DNA of 64,000 nucleotides from a bacterium (GTDB lineage Bacteria; JAAXHH01): NCBI GenBank assembly GCA_965248395.1, contig OZ252103.1, positions 2,602,882 to 2,666,881 of the forward strand, read 5' to 3'. Shown piece by piece: positions 57,902 to 64,000 of this stretch (position 1 is its first letter; each line of letters starts with the position of its first letter). The notes under the pieces were generated by a model. It saw only the letters and a program-made list of their open reading frames with translations, ran no database searches and was not told where the DNA came from. The position numbers and the translations under genes were made by a program.

Positions 57902-59305
57902 ATGGCTGAACAAGTACCTGAGCGCGGCGGAAGTCGATTTCAACTCGAAACCGAACTGGCTCGGGACCTGGGCCTGGTCGCGGCCACGACGATCATTGTC
58001 GGCGGTATCATCGGATCCGGTATCTTCGGCGCTCCCGCGGGCATCGCGGCCGTGCTGGGATCTCCGGAACTGTTCCTGCTCGTCTGGGTAATCGGCGGTC
58101 TGCTCTGCTTTTCGGGCGCCCTGTGTTTCGCCGAACTGGGTGCCATGATGCCCCGCACGGGCGGCATCATCGTCTACCTGCGTGAATCCTATCCACCCAT
58201 CGTACCCTTTCTCTATGGATGGACGGAGATCGCCGTAATCTCACCCGGCGCGCTGGCTGCAGTCGCCATGATCTGCACTTCGTACATCGGTTACTTCATA
58301 CCGGAAATCTCGATGGAAAACGTGCTGGTCGAGATCGGGCCGTTGATGGTCTCGACGCAGCACCTGGCCATTTTCGGCGTCCTGGCTTTGCTGGGCGCTG
58401 TGAACTACGCGGGCGTACGTTTCGGCGGAATGATTTCCAACCTGTCCACCTTCGCCAAGGTCGCGGCCCTGCTCGGACTGGTGTTCCTCGCCCTGATCGT
58501 CGGCGGGTCCGCGTCGAATTTCTCCACGGCGTCGACTACGGCCAGGGAAATAAGCCTCTTCGGCGCGTTGGGAACGGCCATGGTTGGCATCTTGTTTTCT
58601 TACAACGGCTGGTACAATACGAACAACGTCGCGGGCGAGGTGAAGGATCCGAGACGGGTACTGCCCCTGGCCATTATCATAGGCCTGAGTCTTTGCATGC
58701 TGGTCTACCTGGCCGTCAACTGGGCGTACCTGTACGTCATGAATATCGACGAAATCGCGCAGTCGAATCAAATCGCGGCCGAGGTGGCGGAAAGGCTGAT
58801 CGGTCCGGTCGGCGGATCGCTCACGTCGCTCGCCGTCATTGTGGCCACGTTCGGGACACTCAACGCCAACATTATCTACATGCCGCGTATCGCCTACGGC
58901 ATGGCCAGGGAGCGCTTGTTCTTCAGCTGGTTTACCCGGGTGCATCCGAGGTTCCGCACCCCTTCGAGAACGATCACGACTTTGACCATCCTGGGTATGA
59001 TCTGGAGCCTCGTCGGCAATTTCATGGAAATCGTCCTGGCCGTGATGTACGTGCTGTTCGTGTTCTACGTGTTGAGCGTGATCGCCGTGTTTATCCTGCG
59101 GCGCAGGTATCCCGACGAGCCCCGTCCATTTAAGGTGTGGGGCTACCCCGTCACGCCGCTATTTTTCATTGTCGTATCCCTCGGATACATCGTTTCGACG
59201 GTCGTCTTCAGTTTCGGAGATGCCCTGCCGGGTGTGATCGTCCTGGCGCTTGGCGTGCCGGTTTACCTGCTTTGGTTCCGCAGGTACGTGGCAAATGAAG
59301 GATAA
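57902..59305 (+). CDS. APC superfamily amino acid permease
   Basis: 12-TM pattern; N-terminal signature LGLVAATTIIVGGIIGSGIFGAPAGIAA. Confidence 0.8.
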   Translation: MAEQVPERGGSRFQLETELARDLGLVAATTIIVGGIIGSGIFGAPAGIAAVLGSPELFLLVWVIGGLLCFSGALCFAELGAMMPRTGGIIVYLRESYPPIVPFLYGWTEIAVISPGALAAVAMICTSYIGYFIPEISMENVLVEIGPLMVSTQHLAIFGVLALLGAVNYAGVRFGGMISNLSTFAKVAALLGLVFLALIVGGSASNFSTASTTAREISLFGALGTAMVGILFSYNGWYNTNNVAGEVKDPRRVLPLAIIIGLSLCMLVYLAVNWAYLYVMNIDEIAQSNQIAAEVAERLIGPVGGSLTSLAVIVATFGTLNANIIYMPRIAYGMARERLFFSWFTRVHPRFRTPSRTITTLTILGMIWSLVGNFMEIVLAVMYVLFVFYVLSVIAVFILRRRYPDEPRPFKVWGYPVTPLFFIVVSLGYIVSTVVFSFGDALPGVIVLALGVPVYLLWFRRYVANEG

Positions 59306-59433
59306 GGACCGGCTTCGCCCTGGACTGGAATGCGGTATGTCCTCCGGGATGATCTGGTACAGATCCCACCAGCGTTTCATATTCATGGGGTTAAATTCAC
59401 GAACTTACTGATCAAGGAGTAGAGGAGTTTCAG

Positions 59434-61011
59434 ATGCCAGGAATGAACGGCGGAGAGGCACTTATCAAATCCCTTCATCTAAACGGCGTGCAAGTCGTTT
59501 TCGGTCTGCCGGGCGCTGGTCAATATGAAGCCATCGACGCGATTTACCAGCAGGAGGGAATGCAGTACATCGCCACCCGCAACGAGCAGGCGATCAGCTA
59601 CATGGCCGACGGGTATGCCCGCGTGAGTGGTAGACCGGGGGTGGGCCTGGCGGTGGATGGTCCGGGTTTCTTCAACACCATCGCCGGACTCGCAACGGCC
59701 TTTGCCCAGTCATCCCCCGTGCTGATGATCACGGGCGACCACCACGGCGTGTCCCTTCCCGGCAAGCCCAGACACGACAGCCTGGGCGAATACGGAGCCT
59801 ATTCAAAATGGGCGGCGCGCGCTGAAAACCCGTCGGAAATCCCTGGAGTAGTCCGAGAGGCTTTTCGGCAGCTTAACACGCCACGGAAGCGTCCGGTCAT
59901 TATCGAAGTCGGCCCCACCGTGTTCGGCGCGGAGGAAGAGGTCCGGCTGCTGGATGCGGAATCCTTTGCACCTTCAGTGGGCGACGCCGCCCAATTGGAG
60001 CACGCCGCGGGTCTTCTCGCCGAGGCCGAACGGCCGCTGATCTGGGTTGGAGCCGGCGCTTCGGAAGGTGCGCCGCTGGTCAGGAAAATTGCGGAACACC
60101 TGGGCAGTCCGGTCGTCAGCAGCCGTAGCGGAAAGGGCATCCTTCCGGCCCGGCATCCCCTTTCTCTCGGGATGTTCGAAGGGCGGTTCAAACCGCTGAG
60201 TAACCGCGTGGACGAATGCGACGTGATCCTGGTCGTGGGCACGGCGACCGACATGAGTAGCCGCCTGGCTTCACAGACGGTCATCCGGATCGACGACGAT
60301 CCCGTTGAAATCGGCCTGGAAGGCGCCTATACCCACGGCATTCTCGGTGACGCCGCCTTGAGTCTCGAGGTCCTGTACGAACAACTGTCCGCCCGGTGGG
60401 AACCCAGGCCCGCCATCACCGAGGACATCCAGGCGATCAATATCCATCGATTCGGTCCCGAGGAACAACTTCAACCCCAGGGGGCTTTCATGGATGCCAT
60501 GCGGGCGGCCATCCCGGATGACGGCATCCTGGTGGGCGGGATGAACCAGATGGGATACTACAGCAGGAACTACTACCACTCCTACTCACCCAGGGGCTAC
60601 CAGACGTCTTCCCACCACGGCACGCTCGGCAGCGTGTTCCCGATCGGGGTCGGCCTGAAGATCGCGCGGCCCGATCGCGCGGTCGTCGTGGTGTCCGGCG
60701 ACGGCGGTTTTCTCTACAATGCCCAGGAAATAGCCACAGCGGTGCAGAACGGCGTCAACATAATCGCCATCGTGTTCAACGATAACGCGTACGGCAACGT
60801 GTGGCGGGCTCAGGTGGAGGAATTCAACGGCCGTGTAATCGGTACCGAACTCCACAATCCAGATTTCGTCCGGATGGCCGAAGCCTTTGGGGCAAGGGGA
60901 GTTTTGGCAGAGGATGCCGGGCAGTTGGAATCGGCGATACGGGAAGCGGTAACGGCGGACCTGCCCACGTTGATCGAGGTGCCCGTCGGTCCGCTGGAGA
61001 GAAGGTACTAG
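59434..61011 (+). CDS. Thiamine pyrophosphate-dependent enzyme (acetolactate synthase large-subunit-like)
   Basis: N-terminal TPP-Pyr domain (GGEALIKSLHLNGVQVVFGLPGAGQ), central domain, C-terminal TPP-PP domain with GDGGFLYNAQE...NDNAYGNV. Confidence 0.75.
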   Translation: MPGMNGGEALIKSLHLNGVQVVFGLPGAGQYEAIDAIYQQEGMQYIATRNEQAISYMADGYARVSGRPGVGLAVDGPGFFNTIAGLATAFAQSSPVLMITGDHHGVSLPGKPRHDSLGEYGAYSKWAARAENPSEIPGVVREAFRQLNTPRKRPVIIEVGPTVFGAEEEVRLLDAESFAPSVGDAAQLEHAAGLLAEAERPLIWVGAGASEGAPLVRKIAEHLGSPVVSSRSGKGILPARHPLSLGMFEGRFKPLSNRVDECDVILVVGTATDMSSRLASQTVIRIDDDPVEIGLEGAYTHGILGDAALSLEVLYEQLSARWEPRPAITEDIQAINIHRFGPEEQLQPQGAFMDAMRAAIPDDGILVGGMNQMGYYSRNYYHSYSPRGYQTSSHHGTLGSVFPIGVGLKIARPDRAVVVVSGDGGFLYNAQEIATAVQNGVNIIAIVFNDNAYGNVWRAQVEEFNGRVIGTELHNPDFVRMAEAFGARGVLAEDAGQLESAIREAVTADLPTLIEVPVGPLERRY

Positions 61012-61025
61012 CCGGTTCTTCCACT

Positions 61026-61868
61026 TCAGGCAGGACATTCCCACTTCAGTTCAAATCCTGCATCCCGCAGGATGCCTACCCCCACGTCCCAGTACTGATC
61101 GATATTGCCTACACCGTGAGAATCGTCGCCTGGCACGACGGCGATCCCCATTCTTCGAGCCTGTTCGAGCACGGGGCGGGCGATGTAGGGTTCGGACTGG
61201 CCCTTTTTTAACGCGGCCAGGTTGAAGTCCATGATTAGTCCACGTTCGCGGATCGCTTCCAGGTTGCGCACGATCCGTTGCCATATAACGGGCTTGACCA
61301 GGCGTACCCGGTAGTCGGGATCGAAAATCCTGATCAGGTCGAAGTGGCCGACCACTTCGGGCGAAAGTGTCGTGATGACTTCGAACTGGCGGTCGAAGTA
61401 GGCACAGAATAGCTCGTCCACGCCCCCAGCGGCCTCTGCCGCCGCCCGGTAAGCCTCCGGGGTCGAATCGATCAGCCGGTCCTCAATCTGGTGAACGGAA
61501 CCGACGATGTAGTCGGGCTTGAACTCGTTCCGCACCGCGGGCACCCACCGTTCATATCCGCTGTACGCCTCCGCTTCGAAGGCCACCAGGATCCTGATTT
61601 CCGAGGAGTATTTGTCCCGAAACCGTCGGCAGGTTGACATGTAATCGGCGAAACGGGCTTGTTGATCGACCGCGCTCAACCCGGCCGCGGTCTCGTCGGG
61701 ATAACTGAGCTCATCCCGTTCCGGCGGCATGTGTTCGGTGATGCCCACCCAGGCGTAACCGCGGGCGATATATGCCCGGACGATGTCCTCCAGCATGTCT
61801 TCCGCGTGACCGCAGAACTGTCCGCTGTGTCCGCCGTGGACGGATACGCGTTCCGGTGTTGGATTCAT
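61026..61868 (-). CDS. hisJ: PHP-domain histidinol-phosphatase, HisJ family
   Basis: VSVHGGHSGQFCGHA N-terminal PHP motif; 280 aa with metal-ligand His/Asp pattern (ITEHMP...GSVHQ...VVGHFDLI). Confidence 0.6.
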   Translation of the reverse strand: MNPTPERVSVHGGHSGQFCGHAEDMLEDIVRAYIARGYAWVGITEHMPPERDELSYPDETAAGLSAVDQQARFADYMSTCRRFRDKYSSEIRILVAFEAEAYSGYERWVPAVRNEFKPDYIVGSVHQIEDRLIDSTPEAYRAAAEAAGGVDELFCAYFDRQFEVITTLSPEVVGHFDLIRIFDPDYRVRLVKPVIWQRIVRNLEAIRERGLIMDFNLAALKKGQSEPYIARPVLEQARRMGIAVVPGDDSHGVGNIDQYWDVGVGILRDAGFELKWECPA

Positions 61869-61921
61869 CTACGACCTGTCTTCAATATCCTGTGTTCAAT
61901 CTCTGTGTCTACCTACGCTAC

Positions 61922-62776
61922 CTACGCCAGGCCTGCCTTGGCCCATGCGCCGTGCATTGCATCAGAGGTCTCTCTCAGGGCGTCCTGCGGCGGAAGGGCG
62001 TTCACGCGCGCACTAAATGGCTCCGCCGTAACCGGACCATCATAACCCATGGCTTCCAGCACGGTGAGGAATCGAGTTATGTCGAGCACGCCGGTTTCGC
62101 CGGGCAGGCATCGTACGTGGTCGATCTGCTCGTCTACCGGGATTCCGGCCGGGGCGTCGTTGACGTGCACGTTGACGACGTCGTCGTTACCCAGAATAGC
62201 GAGGTCCTCCCAGGTCCCGTGAGACGTATACCAGTGCCAGAGGTCCAGCAGCAACCCCACGTTCGGCCCCAGATCTCTGCAGAGCGCCAGCATGCCGTCC
62301 ATGGTGTAAATGAATGCGTGTTTCTTGTCCTGACGCAGGGTTTTAGGACCGATGAACTCCAGGCCGAACCTGCAGCCGTAATAACCGAGAATCTCGGCGG
62401 CCGGCTTCAGCCGTTTGACATGAAACGCGTAGTTTTCTTCATAAGTCCGTTCGTCCGAATACGGCAGCACCACGGTGGTCGTCCTCAGCGCGCCGAAATC
62501 CCGCGCCAGGGAAGCATAAGTCCGCAGACAGACCAGTTCCTCCGCCCACTTCTGCTCGGTGCCATACCATTCGATCGGAAGCCCCCAGTTCCCGGGGCGC
62601 TGTCCGGTTCTTGCGAAGAGGTCTTTGACCTCCTTTAAAGACGCCTGCCGGACCAACCCGTAGACGTCAGGGATGTGGAGGTCGACCCCGGCAAACGCAT
62701 ATTGGGCGGCCATTTCCTGTGCTTCGGACAGCGAAGCACGGATGCCGATCATGCCGGGATTCAGGTTTTTGAACAT
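61922..62776 (-). CDS. Sugar phosphate isomerase/epimerase (xylose isomerase-like TIM barrel)
   Basis: 284 aa; AP-endonuclease-2/XylI-like TIM-barrel pattern (GLEFIGPKT...LLLDLWHWYTSHG...HVNDAP). Confidence 0.6.
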   Translation of the reverse strand: MFKNLNPGMIGIRASLSEAQEMAAQYAFAGVDLHIPDVYGLVRQASLKEVKDLFARTGQRPGNWGLPIEWYGTEQKWAEELVCLRTYASLARDFGALRTTTVVLPYSDERTYEENYAFHVKRLKPAAEILGYYGCRFGLEFIGPKTLRQDKKHAFIYTMDGMLALCRDLGPNVGLLLDLWHWYTSHGTWEDLAILGNDDVVNVHVNDAPAGIPVDEQIDHVRCLPGETGVLDITRFLTVLEAMGYDGPVTAEPFSARVNALPPQDALRETSDAMHGAWAKAGLA

Positions 62777-62794
62777 ATCAAGGAATTCGCGGTC

Positions 62795-64000
62795 TCATCC
62801 CGTCTTGACGCGCTGAAATCGCTTCTTGCCGGCTCTCAACAGCAGGATGCCTTCGTCGTCGAGATCCGCGGTATAGAGTACCCGGTCAATGGCGGACACC
62901 CTCTCGCCGTTGACGGACGCGCCGCCCTGCTGAATCAGCCTGCGCGCTTCGCTCTTGGTCTTGCCCAGTTTAGCCTCCACGAATAGGTCGACGACGTTGA
63001 TACCGGCTTCCAGGCGTTCCAGGCCAATCTCCAGGGTGGGCACGTGGTCTCCACCGTTCCATGCACCGCCGAAGACGCTGCGTGCGCCACGCTGCGCCTG
63101 GGCCGCCGCCTCTTCTCCGTGGGTGACTTTCGTCGCCTCGTAAGCCAGGACCGATTTGGCGTGCCGGATCTTTTCTCCCTGCAGTGCGCCGAGTTCGCGG
63201 ACCTGATCCATGGGCAGGAAGGTAAAGCGGGCCAGCAGTCCTTCCACGTCCCGGTCATCGACATTCACCCAGTACTGGTAGTAGTCGTAGGGCGAGGTCA
63301 TGTCGGGATCGAGCCAGAGTGCGCCGCCCAGCGTTTTTCCCATTTTCTGACCGTCCGACAGGGTCAGAAGGGGCGTGGTGACCGCCTGCGCCGCGGCGCG
63401 TTCCTTTCGCCGGATCAGGTCGACGCCGGCCACGATATTCCCCCACTGGTCGTCTCCGCCGAGCTGCATCGTGCAACCGTAGTTGCGGAAGAGCATCAGG
63501 AAATCGTAAGCCTGGAGGACCTGGTAGTTGAACTCCAGGAAGGTCAGCCCCGTCTCCATGCGCAACCTGTAAGCTTCGGCCGTCAGCATTCTGTTGACGC
63601 TGAAATGCTCTCCGATCTCCCGGATGAACGTGATGTAATTCAGCGTACGCAGCCACTCCGCGTTATTGACCAGCAGCGCTTTTCCGCTGTCGAAATCGAG
63701 GTAACGGCTAAGCTGCGTTTTGATCCGCGTGATGTTCTGACCGATGGTCTCCGCAGTCAGCATCGGGCGGAGCTCGTCCTTGCCGCTCGGGTCGCTGATC
63801 ATCGCCGTACCGCCGCCCACGAGGGCGATAGGATTATGGCCTCCTCGCTGTACGTGCGCAAGCGTCATGACCTGGACCAGGTGGCCGACGTGCAGGCTGC
63901 TCGCCGTCGGATCGAAACCTATGTAACAGGTAACGGATTCCTCGTCAAAAGCGCGCGCTACGGCCTCTTCGTCCGTAACCTGCGAGACGAATCCGCGTTC
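62795..64000 (-). CDS. tyrS: Tyrosine--tRNA ligase; 5' end beyond the window
   Basis: KMGKT (KMSKS) motif and C-terminal S4 domain. The reading frame stays open upstream of the ORF-track Met, through YIGFDPTASSLHVGHLVQVMTL (the HIGH motif), to position 64000. Confidence 0.85.
   Translation of the reverse strand, partial: ERGFVSQVTDEEAVARAFDEESVTCYIGFDPTASSLHVGHLVQVMTLAHVQRGGHNPIALVGGGTAMISDPSGKDELRPMLTAETIGQNITRIKTQLSRYLDFDSGKALLVNNAEWLRTLNYITFIREIGEHFSVNRMLTAEAYRLRMETGLTFLEFNYQVLQAYDFLMLFRNYGCTMQLGGDDQWGNIVAGVDLIRRKERAAAQAVTTPLLTLSDGQKMGKTLGGALWLDPDMTSPYDYYQYWVNVDDRDVEGLLARFTFLPMDQVRELGALQGEKIRHAKSVLAYEATKVTHGEEAAAQAQRGARSVFGGAWNGGDHVPTLEIGLERLEAGINVVDLFVEAKLGKTKSEARRLIQQGGASVNGERVSAIDRVLYTADLDDEGILLLRAGKKRFQRVKTG

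Noticed and set aside
58219-59133. 304-aa Arg-rich + ORF
   Set aside because: Alternative frame within the 12-TM APC permease gene.

Overview
High-GC (~60%) bacterial chromosomal window, densely coding on both strands, with about 60 genes and no rRNA, tRNA, CRISPR, transposase or integrase seen. The dominant feature is ten large ankyrin-repeat genes sharing the same repeat flavour (GADPN, G-TPLH), a pattern expected of host-associated or symbiont lifestyles (e.g. sponge symbionts); one carries an N-terminal truncated-hemoglobin domain. Between them sit DNA-damage genes (alkA, family-B Pol II, Y-family Pol IV), five VOC/glyoxalase genes, two antibiotic-modifying-enzyme-like genes (Eis-like GNAT, ANT(6)-like nucleotidyltransferase), and a BNR/sialidase-like gene next to a glycosyltransferase remnant. 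A yggX-like gene sits immediately upstream of a B12-binding radical-SAM gene, followed by two tandem paralogs of unknown function. Further along are an SPFH/NfeD pair, sucA-sucB, argG, a 10-gene co-directional catabolic-enzyme cluster, and tyrS running off the 3' edge. That cluster (nucleoside hydrolase to Gfo/Idh/MocA, ~47.5-57.0 kb) includes a bicupin with a repeat-encoded poly-acidic tail and two amidohydrolase-2 paralogs. All calls rest on reading the translated ORFs by eye; no searches were run.
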